From assembly GCA_963734685.1 (NCBI GenBank), contig CAVTIC010000006.1, positions 286,977 through 350,976 on the forward strand: a DNA stretch of 64,000 nt, read 5' to 3'. Both the position numbers and the translations under genes were made by a program. The notes beneath the pieces were generated by a model that saw only the letters and a program-made list of their open reading frames with translations, did no database searches and was not told the origin of the DNA. The DNA comes from an uncultured Actinomycetes bacterium (GTDB lineage Bacteria > Actinomycetota > UBA4738 > HRBIN12). This document shows, one piece after another, positions 1-10,260 of this stretch (its first letter is position 1; each line of letters starts with the position of its first letter).

Positions 1-616
1 CCTCGTGCCGCACGCGCAGCAGCCAGTGGTGGGCCGCGACCTCGATCGCGAGCGGGATCCCGATCGACACCAGGGTGAGCCACAGATGCGGCGCGGTCAG
101 GCGGAGCGCCCTGGCGATCGCGGCGAGCGGCCGCGCCCGCTCGATGTTCACCAAGGGGCCGACGACGCCCAGCATGGACACCAACACGAAGCCGGGCAGC
201 AGTCCGAGCGCAGACGCGGCTCCCACGAGCGCGCTCACGGCCAGATCGGCACCGATCAGACGCCCGATCGGCAAGCCGCGAACCGCCTCGCCGATCGAGG
301 GCCGTCGTCCCTCCCGGATCACCGACCCCACGAGCTCGTCGAGCACACCCGCGTACACGATCGTGCCGAGATTCGTGAGCATGGCGGCCACGACGGCCAC
401 CACGAAGATGAGGATCAAGCGGTCGTCGAGCGGGCCATCGCTGGAGGCGTCGAGCAGGCGCCCGCTGCCGATCCCCAGGGCGACGGGTGGGACCAACAGC
501 ACGAGGGCGGCCCCGGCGACCCTCGCAGGTTCACGACGGTAGAGGCGCAGCGCGGCCGCGTAGACGTCGCGTACGTGCAGGTTCGCGACGTACGGATGTC
601 GGTCGGCCGGGTGCAT
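1..616 (-). CDS. hypothetical integral membrane protein, partial (runs off window start)
   Basis: Manual minus-strand translation from ATG (complement of 614-616) gives MHPADRHPYVANLHVRDVYAAALRLYRREP... with several hydrophobic helices and GC-rich third positions. There is no stop before position 1. Confidence 0.5.
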   Translation of the reverse strand, partial: MHPADRHPYVANLHVRDVYAAALRLYRREPARVAGAALVLLVPPVALGIGSGRLLDASSDGPLDDRLILIFVVAVVAAMLTNLGTIVYAGVLDELVGSVIREGRRPSIGEAVRGLPIGRLIGADLAVSALVGAASALGLLPGFVLVSMLGVVGPLVNIERARPLAAIARALRLTAPHLWLTLVSIGIPLAIEVAAHHWLLRVRHE

Positions 617-631
617 GTCCGGGACGAAGCC

Positions 632-637
632 TAGACT
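632..637 (+). promoter_or_regulatory. -10-like hexamer TAGACT, 8 nt upstream of ATG 646 (leaderless-type promoter)
   Basis: The 10-mer TAGACTGCGC is identical at 632, 2641 and 38059, each 7-8 nt before a start codon, with no SD in between. Confidence 0.45.
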
Positions 638-645
638 GCGCGCCG

Positions 646-1851
646 ATGCTCGGTTCGCCGCGCCCCCTCGAACTCGATCGCCGCACGGCGCGGCGGCTCT
701 GCGTGCAGGGTCAGCGCCTCGCCGGCCCGCGCCCGGCGTCGATCGCCGAGACGGTGCACGACCTCGCGATGGTGCAGATCGATCCGACCCGCGTCGTCGC
801 CCGCACCGAGCACCTCGTGCTGTTCTCGCGGCTCGGGCGGCACTTCCGTGTCGACGACCTTGAGCGCATGCTCTGGGTCGAGCGCTCGCTCTTCGAGTAC
901 TGGGTGCACATCGTGCCGACGAGCGACTACTGGATGCACCGGGAGTCGATGCGCCGGTTCCCGACGGGCGGACCGTACGGCGGCCTCGCCCGCCGCCGGT
1001 ACGTGGCGGAGTGGCTGAGGGCGAATGCAGCCTTCCGTCGCTACGTGATGGCCGAAATTCGGCGTCGAGGACCCCTGCGGGTCCGTGACCTGGAAGACCG
1101 GGTCGCCGACGGCTGGCACACCGGCGGCTGGAACGACGAGGGCCGCAACGTAGCGATGCTGCTCGACGTGCTGTGGCATCGCGGCGAGGTGATGATCGTG
1201 GGTCGTGACGGCCAGCAGCGTCTGTGGGACCTGGCGGAGCGCAGCGTACCGGTGCGAGAGCGGCGCCGGCCGGCCGGCGAGGTCGCCCGCGAGGTGGTCG
1301 AGCGCCAGCTCCGCGCTCGCGGCGTGGGCACGGCGGCGCAGTTCGGCACGCTGTTCGATGGGAGACCCGACGGGTGGGATCGCGCACTCGAGCGTCTGGT
1401 CCGCGACGGCGTCGCCGTGCCGGTGACGATCGACGGCATCGCCAAGGGAGACTGGTACACCCACGCCGAGGTGCTCGAACGCACTTGGACGCCGCGTACG
1501 GTCGTGCTCTCGCCGTTCGACGACCTCGTGAGCGATCGCGATCACACCGAGGCGTTGTTCGACTTCCACTTCCGGCTCGAGATCTACGTGCCGAAGGCCA
1601 AGCGGCGATGGGGGTACTTCGTGTTGCCGATCCTGCACCACGACCGGCTGATCGGGCGCGTCGATCCTCGCTTCGACCGCGAGACCTGCGTGCTGCACCT
1701 GAACGCCGTGCACGCTGAGCGCGGTGCGCGCGCGAGCGACGGCGCCGCGGCGGGCAGGGCGATCCGCGAGCTGGCGAGATGGCTGGGCGCTCGCGAGATC
1801 GCGCTCGACGGGCCGGTGCCCAGCGCATGGCGCCGATCCATCGACCTGTGA
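646..1851 (+). CDS. winged-helix DNA glycosylase, YcaQ/AlkZ-like (DUF1006) family
   Basis: ORF 487..1851 trimmed to ATG 646. Family-typical blocks are LAMVQIDPTRVV, LFEYWVH and RWGYFVLPIL. The Q-I-D motif is consistent with the YcaQ-like subgroup. Confidence 0.7.
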   Translation: MLGSPRPLELDRRTARRLCVQGQRLAGPRPASIAETVHDLAMVQIDPTRVVARTEHLVLFSRLGRHFRVDDLERMLWVERSLFEYWVHIVPTSDYWMHRESMRRFPTGGPYGGLARRRYVAEWLRANAAFRRYVMAEIRRRGPLRVRDLEDRVADGWHTGGWNDEGRNVAMLLDVLWHRGEVMIVGRDGQQRLWDLAERSVPVRERRRPAGEVAREVVERQLRARGVGTAAQFGTLFDGRPDGWDRALERLVRDGVAVPVTIDGIAKGDWYTHAEVLERTWTPRTVVLSPFDDLVSDRDHTEALFDFHFRLEIYVPKAKRRWGYFVLPILHHDRLIGRVDPRFDRETCVLHLNAVHAERGARASDGAAAGRAIRELARWLGAREIALDGPVPSAWRRSIDL

Positions 1852-1862
1852 CGAGCGCGGCG

Positions 1863-1868
1863 TAGAGT
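1863..1868 (+). promoter_or_regulatory. -10-like hexamer TAGAGT, 7 nt upstream of ATG 1876
   Basis: TANNNT hexamer with no SD between it and the start codon. Confidence 0.4.
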
Positions 1869-1875
1869 ACGCGCG

Positions 1876-2643
1876 ATGACGCGGCCACCCGGAGGTGCCG
1901 GCGGAGACGACGGGCCAGAGATCGTCGATCTCCGCGAGGAGCTCGCCGATCGCCGGGTGCTGACCTGGCGGGAGCGGTGGGGCGGAGCGGACCGGTACGG
2001 CGTGCTCCTGCTGCTCATCGTCGCCACGATCGTCTTGAGCGTGGTGCTCCGCGAGAACGAATGGGAGCGCTTCGTCTCGATCGTGATGGTCGGTGTGATG
2101 CTGCTCTTCGCACTGCGGACCTCGCACGCGTCGAAGCGGTTGCAGCGGGTGGCGATCGCCGTCGTCCCGGTCCTCCTGCTCGCCACGGCGGCGGCAGCCG
2201 CGCGCGGCCGCGACGCGGAGGTGATCCGCGTCGTCATCTCCCTCGTGATGACCGTGCTGTTGCTCGCCGTGCTGCTCGCGATCGTCCGCCGGCTGTCCAC
2301 GCACCTGACGATCTCGTGGAACACGATCCTGGGCGCCCTCTGCGTGTACCTGTTGTTCGGCCTGTTGTTCTCGGCGGCCTACTCGGTCGCCGGGCACCTG
2401 CAGGACAACCTGTTGTTCGTCCAACAGCGTGGGTTCAACAGCACCGACACGCTCTACTTCAGCCTTATCACCCTCACGACGGTGGGTTACGGCGATCTCA
2501 CGATGCGCTCCGACGTCACCCGCATCATGTCGGCGATGGAGGCGATGCTCGGTCAGATCTACCTGATCATCGCGGTCGGTCTGTTGATAGGCAACCTGGG
2601 ACGCAGACGTCGGTCACCGCGGGACCTGGATCGCGTGTCCTAG
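1876..2643 (+). CDS. potassium channel family protein (canonical TVGYGD filter)
   Basis: ORF 1876..2643 has several TM helices followed by [16 protein letters not shown], the K+ selectivity filter signature. Confidence 0.85.
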   Translation: MTRPPGGAGGDDGPEIVDLREELADRRVLTWRERWGGADRYGVLLLLIVATIVLSVVLRENEWERFVSIVMVGVMLLFALRTSHASKRLQRVAIAVVPVLLLATAAAAARGRDAEVIRVVISLVMTVLLLAVLLAIVRRLSTHLTISWNTILGALCVYLLFGLLFSAAYSVAGHLQDNLLFVQQRGFNSTDTLYFSLITLTTVGYGDLTMRSDVTRIMSAMEAMLGQIYLIIAVGLLIGNLGRRRRSPRDLDRVS

Positions 2644-2646
2644 ACT
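2641..2646 (+). promoter_or_regulatory. -10-like hexamer TAGACT, 8 nt upstream of purE ATG
   Basis: Same TAGACTGCGC 10-mer as at 632 and 38059. It overlaps the stop codon of the channel gene. Confidence 0.45.
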
Positions 2647-2654
2647 GCGCCACG

Positions 2655-3146
2655 ATGGCCGAACCCCAGGTGGGCGTGATCATGGGTTCCCGGTCCGACT
2701 GGGACACGCTGCGGCATGCCGTCGAGACCCTCGAAGAGCTCGGCGTCCGGGTCGAGACCCGGGTGGTGTCGGCGCACCGAACCCCCGATCTCCTGTTCGA
2801 GTACGCGTCGACAGCTGCCGAGCGGGGGCTGCAGGTCGTCGTCGCCGGCGCCGGCGGCGCGGCACACCTTCCCGGCATGGTGGCGGCGAAGACCCATCTG
2901 CCGGTCTTCGGCGTCCCCGTCGAGTCTCATGCGCTGAAGGGGATGGATTCGCTGTTGTCGATCGTGCAGATGCCGGCCGGGGTGCCCGTCGGCACGCTCG
3001 CGATCGGGCGGTCGGGCGCCGTGAACGCGGCGCTCCTGGCCGCCGCGGTCGTGGCCCTCGGCGACGACGGTGTGCGCGAGCGGCTCCAACGGTTCCGTGA
3101 GGCGCAGACCGAGAACGTGCTCGCACATCCTGACCCAGCCGAGTGA
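2655..3146 (+). CDS. purE: N5-carboxyaminoimidazole ribonucleotide mutase PurE
   Basis: The C-terminal 163 aa of ORF 1977..3146, starting at ATG 2655, read [11 protein letters not shown]...SAHRTP...[13 protein letters not shown]...PVFGVPV, typical of class I PurE. Confidence 0.92.
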   Translation: MAEPQVGVIMGSRSDWDTLRHAVETLEELGVRVETRVVSAHRTPDLLFEYASTAAERGLQVVVAGAGGAAHLPGMVAAKTHLPVFGVPVESHALKGMDSLLSIVQMPAGVPVGTLAIGRSGAVNAALLAAAVVALGDDGVRERLQRFREAQTENVLAHPDPAE

Positions 3147-3153
3147 GCGCGGG

Positions 3154-4265
3154 GTGACGCGGGTCGGCATCGTCGGAGGCGGGCAGCTCGGACGCATGCT
3201 CGCGCTCGCCGGACACGATCTGGGGATCGAGTGCACCACGCTCGACCCCGCGCCGGGCTCGCCGGCCGCGGCGTCGCGTCGGCGCTCGTCGGCGCGTACG
3301 ACGATCAGGAGCGGCTCGCCGAGCTCGCTCGGGCGTCGACGTCGTGACCTACGAGTTCGAGAACGTGCCCTGTCGAAGCGACGCGGTTCGCGGAGCGGAT
3401 CCGGTCCGGTCTTCCCGCCGCCCGGCGGCGCTCGAGGCGGCCCAGGATCGCCTCGCGGAGAAGCGCGTTGTTCGGCGGCGTCGGCCTGGCGGTGTCCGCC
3501 GTGCGCCGCGGTCGACGACGCTCGCGGCGATCGACGGCGCGCTGGACGCCTCGGCGTCCCCGGCCGTCCTCAAGACCCGACGCTGGGCTACGACGGCAAG
3601 GGCCAGGCGGTGATCCGCGACCCGTTACTCGGCGGCGGACGCATGGCGGTCGGTGGGCGAGGTACCGTGCGTCGCTCGAGTCGCTGGTGGCGTTCGACCG
3701 CGAGCTCTCGATCGTGGCCGTGCGCGGTCGTGACGGGGAGACCGTCGCCTACCCGCTCGTCGAGAACCACCACCGAGACGGCATCCTCCGGCTCCCGCGC
3801 ACCCGCGCCCGACCTCAGCGCCCGCGCTGCAGGCGGCGGCCGAGGCCACGCCGCCGCGGTCATGGACGAGCTCGGCTACGTCGGCGTGCTCGCGGTCGAG
3901 CTGTTCCAGGTCGGGGAGCAGCCTGCTCGGCGAACGAGATGGCCCCGCGGGTGCACAACTCCGGCCACTGGACGATCGAGGGGTCCGACGACATCCCAGT
4001 TCGAGAACCACCTGCGGGCGGTCACCGGGCTGCCGCTCGGGCCGACCGACCCGCTGGGCGTCGCGCGATGGTGAACCTGATCGGGGTCGTGCCCGTCGCA
4101 GCGACGCGTTCTCGCGGTGCCCGGCGCCCACCTGCACCACTACGGCAAGGAGCCCGGCCGGGCCGCAAGCTCGGCCACGTCACCGTGCGTGCCGACACCG
4201 AGGCTGTGCTCGGGGAGCGGCTCGGCGCGTTGCTGGCCTCGATGCCCGCCTTGATGCCGACATGA
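3154..4265 (+). pseudogene. purK: N5-CAIR synthase PurK, disrupted by about ten frame changes
   Basis: Conserved PurK blocks are scattered over all three + frames. They include VGIVGGGQLGRM, DVVTYEFENVP, AALEAAQDRLAEK, LGYDGKGQAVIRDP, ELSIVAVRGRDGETVAYPLVENHHRDGIL, NEMAPRVHNSGHWTIEGS, SQFENHLRAVTGLPLG and GRKLGHVTV. Confidence 0.8.
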
Positions 4266-4336
4266 GGCCGATCGGGATCGCCACCGACCGCTTCAGGGTT
4301 GTCTTTCGTATCGTCCTCGCGATACCGTCCCAGGCG

Positions 4337-5054
4337 ATGACCCCCCGACTTCTCCGGCATCTCATGCTCCTTCTTGCGACGGTGCTGTCCCTCGTCGCGG
4401 TCGCGGCACCCGCGAGTGCGGCGACCGTGGCGCTGTGGCACATGAACGAGTGGTCCGGTGCGCACCATGGTCGACTCCTCCGGCAATGGGAACGACGGGA
4501 AGCTCTCGCACGTCAGGCGGGCCGCTCCCGGGGTTCAACGGGAAGGGCCGTGCCTACCGCTTCAACGGCAGGAACTCGCGGGTGATCGTGCGGAACGACC
4601 GGAGCCTGAATCCCCGGTCGCGCAACATCAAGATCACGGTGCACGTGAAGTTCAGCGCGAAGCCGTCTGCGTCGGTCGCCGACTATGATCTCGTCCGGAA
4701 GCAGTCGGGCGGCGGCACGTACAAGGTCGAGATCCGGCGGAGCGGCCAGGCGTTCTGCAAGTTCCGTGGCACGTACGGGAACGTGGCGATCACCGCGGGC
4801 CCCGACCTCTCAGACGGTCGGTGGCACACGATCGTCTGCGAGAAGGCGTCGTCGACGGTGACCCTCACGGTGGACGGTGAACCGGTTCGAGCAGAACGGC
4901 GCCATCGGGTCGATCTTCAACACCAAGGTGCTGGTCCTCGGCGCCAAGGAGACACCGGCCGACTGGTACAAGGGCATCATGGACGAGGTCCGCATCGCCT
5001 TCGGCTCGGGCACCGCACACGACGACCATCGATGGAGACGCACACGGTGCGTAG
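4337..5054 (+). pseudogene. secreted LamG/concanavalin-like domain protein, at least 3 frame changes
   Basis: The signal peptide MTPRLLRHLMLLLATVLSLVAVAAPASA is in one frame. MVDSSGNGNDGKLS is in a second and GFNGKGRAYRFNG...DGRWHTIVCEKASSTVTLTVDG in a third. WYKGIMDEVRIAFG returns to the first frame. The 3' end is approximate. Confidence 0.6.
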
Positions 5055-6224
5055 GTGGATCGGTGTCGCGGTCGCGACACTCACGATGCTCGGCTGGTGC
5101 TCGGCTGTGGCGCTCGCCGGCGTGCCCTTCTCAGAGGGCCGACACGACCTGGATGGTCGACAGCGTGGCCCGGTCGGTCACCTTCGCCGGCGGGTCCGTG
5201 TGGGTAGGCGGCGAGTTCGACGCCGTGCTCCGACCGAACGGGAGCAGAGGGCATGCCGTCCGGGCTTCACCGCACTCCATCCGCGCACCGGCGATCCGGC
5301 GCGCGTGACGATGCCCAGGCTCCGCTCGAACCCAGTCGTGAATGACATGTCGCTCGGGCCTGGTGGCGTGTTGTACCTGGCCGGAGAGTTCACGTATGCC
5401 GTCGGAGGCCGTTCCGGCAAGAACTTCGGTCGGCATCGACCCCGTCGACCGGAGCGGTCGTCCGTGACTTCTCCACACCGAAGCTCTGGTCCGTGCTCGC
5501 GACGGCGGAACGCATCTACGCCCCAGCAGGAGAACGGCTGCAGGCGTACCGATCCAACGGGTCGCCCGATGCCCGGTTCAGCGCCGTGGAGCTCAGGGTC
5601 GACGATTCGCTGCGAGCCCACAAGGCGACGGAGCAGGTCCGCGACTTGCTGGCGTACGGCGGTGACGTCATCGTCATCGGCAAGTTCGACTACATCGACG
5701 GCTCGCCGCAGAAGGTCGCGGTGAGGATCGACGCGCGTTCGGGACAGCCGGTGCCCTGGGACCTCGGAGGTATCCGTCAGGAAAGCGCGGCGTTCGGCCG
5801 CGCCGGCGTATTGAGCGGCGACCGGTTGTACGTGGCGGCCGGCGGATCGGATTTCACCGCTGCCTACCGCGCCTCCGACGGCAGCCAGGTGTGGAAGACC
5901 GATACCTCGGGCTCGTCGCAGACACTCACGGTCTTCGATCGGTCGACCCCTGGTCGTCGGCGGCCACTTCCAGTGGGTAGCGCGATCGACGAGTCAGCAG
6001 TGCGGCGACAACAAACACCCGAACCCCCAGTGCTTCAACCAGCCCCGGCTGGTCGCGATGAAGCTCACGACCGGGCAGGTCAACACATCGTGGAGGCCGC
6101 AGAGATCTGCTGCGCATACAACGGTGTGTGGGGACTCGCCGATCGTCGAGGATCGCTCCACGTTGCCGGGGTGTTCACCAAGGCGGGCGGTCGAGCACAA
6201 CAGGGATACGCGCGGTTCTCCTGA
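5032..6224 (+). pseudogene. secreted beta-propeller repeat protein (paralog of 7442..8629), at least 5 frame changes
   Basis: The signal peptide METHTVRRWIGVAVATLTMLGW is followed by repeat blocks (VWVGGEFDAV, VLYLAGEFTYAVGG, VIVIGKFDYIDGSPQ, LVVGGHFQW, LHVAGVFTKAGG) spread over three frames. Confidence 0.6.
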
Positions 6225-6267
6225 TCGCCCGCGAACATGTGACCTTCCGGTTTCGTGCCCAGACCCG

Positions 6268-7141
6268 TCAGCTATGGCAGTCCGTGTGCCCGCTGTCGCG
6301 CGTCTGCCCATCGATCGACACGAATCGCCACGTGTATGCATCGGGGAGTAGGCGCATGAGAAGGATCCCGTGTGCTCCGATCCGACGTTGACTTCCCGGG
6401 ACCGGGTCACCGAATTCGTACAGCCCTGCCCCTCCTGTGCCGACAACGATCTGACGGATGCCGCGGGCTGAGGCTCGCCAGTGGGAGTGAGCTTCGCGAA
6501 GCGCTCGTAGCTGTGCGCGTGCCCGTTCAGGATGACGTCGACACCCTGGCGGAACAGGATGCTCCAGAAGGCCACCATGAAGGGGCTCGGAGGTGCCTCC
6601 GTTCCGCTCGTGAAGAGCGGGTGATGGAAGAACGCCACCTGGCATCGGTCGTCGTTCCGGCGGAGGTCACGGCGCAGCCACCGCAGCTGTCGTTCATCGG
6701 GCAGGCGGCCCCTGACGGAATCGAGCGCCACGATGTGCCACGCGCCACGATCGAACGAGTAGTACCCACGACCGCCGAACGTGCGCCGACCGAAGTACCG
6801 GAAGAACCCGGCCGCGTTCGGCGTGTTGTACTCGTGGTTGCCGGGCACCGGGAACGTCTTCGACAGGAACCGTCCCCACGTCGGATCGTAGGAGCGCATG
6901 TATTCGGTCAGTCTCCCGTAGCGGTACTGCGTGTCGCCGAGCGCGAGCACTGCCGACGGATCGAGGCGCTCGATGAGGCGGGTCGTCCCGCGTTGGGCGT
7001 CGCACGCCTTCCAGCGACACGCGATGTCTCCGGCTGCGGCGATGCGCGGGTGTTGGGCGTATGCGGAAGGGGCGGCCGCTAGGGGGCGAGACCGGTCACG
7101 ACCGTGACGGCGGAGACGCAGAACCGCTGGATGGGGGACAT
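6268..7141 (-). pseudogene. metallophosphoesterase (calcineurin-like), 2 frame changes
   Basis: MSPIQRFCVSAVTVVTGLAP is in one frame. IAAAGDIAC...GDTQY...PGNHEY...NGHAHSYERF is in ORF 5994..6950. The C-terminal GIRQIVVGTGGAGLYEF...WRFVSIDG is in ORF 6268..6645. Confidence 0.7.
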
Positions 7142-7189
7142 CGCGCTCAGGTTACCTGCGCCGCCCCGCATCGGCGCGCCATCAACAGG

Positions 7190-7262
7190 CGCGCCGGGCA
7201 GGATTCGAACCTGCGACCCGCGGATTAGAAGTCCGCCGCTCTGTCCCCTGAGCTACCGGCGC
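7190..7262 (-). tRNA. tRNA-Arg (anticodon TCT)
   Basis: The reverse complement is GCGCCGGTAGCTCAGGGGACAGAGCGGCGGACTTCTAATCCGCGGGTCGCAGGTTCGAATCCTGCCCGGCGCG. It folds into a canonical cloverleaf of 73 nt with no encoded CCA. Confidence 0.9.
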
Positions 7263-7441
7263 GTCCCGACAGGGTAGCGCGGAGGTTCCGCCGGGTGAGG
7301 CAGATCCTGTCGCGACGACGGCCACGAGGTATCGTGAGGTGGCGACGGGGACCCCCCGGACCTACCACGCAGTCGGTCATCCTCGTCACCGATCGTCGCC
7401 CGACCGAACGGCGTCGTCGCTTCATGATCGAGGGAGGTTTC

Positions 7442-8629
7442 ATGCTTCGCCGTACCCGTGCCGTTGCCACAGTCGCCGTCGTGACCGTCATGTTCGTGGG
7501 CGGTCTCGCCACGCCCGCGTCGGCCGCGATCTCCAGCGACCCCGACCCGGGCTGGATGACGAACGGTCAGATCAGGGCGATGGTCCGGTTCGGGAACTAC
7601 ATCTACATCGGCGGCAAGTTCACGCAGGTCCGCGCGAGCACTTCACCGGGGCCCGGTGTGAAGTTCTCGGCCAGGAACCTCGCTCGGATCGACGTGACGA
7701 CCGGGCTCGGCGACCCGTCGTGGACCCCCGATGTCGTGGGTTCGACCGGGGCACCGGCCGTGCACGCGTTGACGGTCGCCGGCGGGGACGTCTGGGTGGG
7801 CGGCGACTTCCAGTCGGTCAACGGCCAGCCCCGACACAACCTCGCGGCTGTCTCCGTCGCGACCGGGGCGGTCGTCGCCGGCGTGGATCCGGTGGTGGGC
7901 GCGAGCGGCAACCGCAGCGTTCGAGCGCTCGCGCAGGCGGGCGGTCGCGTGTTCGCCGGTGGGTACTTCAAGAGCGTCGACGGTTCCCCTCGGCGGTTCC
8001 TGGCGGCGTTCGGTCTCGACGGCGCCCTCCAGAACTGGAAGCCACGGGTCGACAAGCGGGTCTTCAGCCTGGCGATGGGCTGCGCCGACGGTCGGCTGTT
8101 CGCCGGCGGGCAGTTCCGGCGGGCCGGCGGCGACGGCGACGCGGGGTGGTCTGCGCGGGAAACCGTGGCCGCCTTCGATCCGGCGAGCGGCGCCCTCGAG
8201 GCATGGCACGTCCCGGTGGGCACGATCGAGGAGGGCCAGAAGGCGTACGCGATGGTGCCCACGTGCACGCAGCTGAACGTCGCCTACGGCGGGAACAACC
8301 GAGCGATCGCGTTCCGCCTCGACAACGGCACCAGCGGCGACAAGAAGTGGCAGGTGAACACATCGGGGAACGTCCAGGCGATCACGGTGGCGGGCGGGGA
8401 GATCGTGATCGGCGGGCACTTCACGTCGATCGGGGGCCTCACCCGCAACCGCATCGCCGCGCTGAGCATGTCCTCGGGCGCGGTCGACCCGGGCTTCAAC
8501 CCGAGCCTCACCGGGCAATGGGGTGGCCCCTGGGCGCTGACCGCGGACGCGAGCCATCTCTACGTCGGGGGACAGTTCACGATGGTCGGCCCCGAGTCGC
8601 GTACCTTCTTCGCGCGGTTCCACGTGTAG
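7442..8629 (+). CDS. secreted beta-propeller repeat protein (DUF5122/delta-60-like repeats), intact
   Basis: ORF 7295..8629 trimmed to ATG 7442, preceded by GAGGGAGG. It has a signal peptide ending PASA and repeated GGxFxxVxGxxRxxLAA blocks. Confidence 0.75.
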   Translation: MLRRTRAVATVAVVTVMFVGGLATPASAAISSDPDPGWMTNGQIRAMVRFGNYIYIGGKFTQVRASTSPGPGVKFSARNLARIDVTTGLGDPSWTPDVVGSTGAPAVHALTVAGGDVWVGGDFQSVNGQPRHNLAAVSVATGAVVAGVDPVVGASGNRSVRALAQAGGRVFAGGYFKSVDGSPRRFLAAFGLDGALQNWKPRVDKRVFSLAMGCADGRLFAGGQFRRAGGDGDAGWSARETVAAFDPASGALEAWHVPVGTIEEGQKAYAMVPTCTQLNVAYGGNNRAIAFRLDNGTSGDKKWQVNTSGNVQAITVAGGEIVIGGHFTSIGGLTRNRIAALSMSSGAVDPGFNPSLTGQWGGPWALTADASHLYVGGQFTMVGPESRTFFARFHV

Positions 8630-8724
8630 GTCACGCGCAAATCCCACATCGGGCGACCTCGCCCCCTATCGTTGCGACGTCGTCTCGACCGGACGCTGCG
8701 GCGACCACACTCAGGGGGGGAGTC

Positions 8725-9173
8725 ATGGACTTCGTCGCGCAGGCCAGCGACGGTGGCGGCGGGTCGGCGGTCTTCTGGTTCTTCTATGTCGCCTTCATCG
8801 TCGTCTACCTCGCCGCGGGCTGGGTGGTCTTCACGAAGGCCGGGGAAGAGCGCTGGAAGTCGCTGATTCCGATCTACAACCTGTACGTGCTGCTGCGGAT
8901 CGTCGGCCGCCCGGGCTGGTGGCTGATCCTGTACCTGATCCCGATCGTGAATGTGGTCGTTCTGGATCATCGTCTCGATCGACCTGGCGAAGGCTCGGCA
9001 AGGGCGTGGGGTTCGCGATCGGGTTGATCCTGCTGACGCCGATCTTCTACCTGGGTATCCTCGCCTTCGGCGACGCGACCTATCGCGGCCCGGCGGGTAG
9101 CGCCCGGAGCGGCAGGGGGCACGCCGCCTGCGATGCCTCCGGCACCTGCCTAGTCTCAGGCCGCTCGACGTGA
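8725..9173 (+). pseudogene. DUF5684-like small membrane protein, 2 frame changes
   Basis: MDFVAQ...FTKAGEERWKSLIPIYNLYVLLRIVGRPGWWLILYLIPIVNVV is in one frame, IIVSIDLAKA in a second, and LGKGVGFAIGLILLTPIFYLGILAFGDATYRG in a third. Confidence 0.6.
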
Positions 9174-9215
9174 AGGAAGGGGTGGTCCGTCAGGGCCGCT
9201 CCTTCCGACATTCCG

Positions 9216-9285
<70 letters not shown>

Positions 9286-9377
9286 GGCGCTCGATGGGTG
9301 CGAGCCAAGCGTAGCGGACGGCGGCAGCCTGCCGACGACCTTCCGGAAGGGCTGACACCGCCTGAGATACTCCCCGC

Positions 9378-10239
9378 ATGCGCGTGGCCTTCCGTCTGCT
9401 CGACGTGTTCGCCGAAGAGCCGTTCGCCGGCAACCAGCTCTGCGTGGTGCCCGAGGTCCCCGCCCGGGCTCGACGGCGACTCGATGCAGACGCTCGCGCG
9501 TGAGATCGGGTTCTCCGAGACCACGTTCGTGACAGCGGTCCGCGCCGACGGCTACGACGTGCGCATCTTCACGCCCGACAACGAGCTGCCGTTCGCGGGA
9601 CACCCGACGATCGGCACGGCGTTCGTGCTGGTCTCGGAGGGGAAGGTCGCCTCACGGCTGGTGCAGACCTCTGCCGCGGGAGACGTGCCGGTCGAGGTCG
9701 ATCTCGAGGGCGGGCGCGCGACGATGCGGCAGCTGCCACCCGTGTTCTTCGACGCGGTCGACGACCGAGCAGCCGTTGCGGCCGCCGCGGGCCTCGAACC
9801 GGACGCCCTGATCGACGATCTCCCGATCGTGGCGGTGTCGACCGGGATCCCGCACCTCATGGTGCCGGTCCGCGACGAGGAGACCTTGCGGACGGCCGAG
9901 CGGAGCCCTCGCCTGTGCAACGCCGTCTGCGGATCGGCCGAGGCCGAGTCGCTCTACCTGTTCGCGGTCCGCGGCGATGGCGACGTGTTCGCCCGCATGT
10001 TCGACCGATTCGTCTCGATCGGGGAGGACCCGGCCACCGGGTCCGCCGCGGGGCCGCTCGGCGCCTACCTCGCCCGCCACGGGCTGGCGGGCCTGCCGGG
10101 GAGCGCCATCGTCGCGCAGGGGGAGATGATCGGCCGGCCGAGCTTCCTCTATCTGAACGTCATCGCGGATGGCGATAGCTGGACCGTCGAGGTCGGCGGC
10201 GGGGTGCGCATCGTGGGGGAGGGCGAGTTCACGATCTGA
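9378..10239 (+). CDS. PhzF family isomerase-like protein, one frame break near 9465
   Basis: MRVAFRLLDVFAEEPFAGNQLCVVPEV starts at ATG 9378 in one frame. GLDGDSMQTLAREIGFSETTF...GHPTIGTAF continues in ORF 9250..10239. GATACT lies 6 nt upstream of the ATG. Confidence 0.7.
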
Positions 10240-10260
10240 GACCTGGCGGGTGTGCTGCGA

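Noticed and set aside
631-2424. 597-aa minus-strand ORF spanning the YcaQ-like and K+ channel genes
   Set aside because: It has an Arg/Pro/Gly/His-rich low-complexity composition typical of antisense shadow ORFs in high-GC DNA. The opposite strand encodes recognisable protein families with proper third-position GC bias.
1977-2654. Upstream 226 codons of ORF 1977..3146 fused to purE
   Set aside because: This stretch overlaps the well-supported K+ channel gene in another frame. PurE homology begins only at ATG 2655, which has its own -10-like element.
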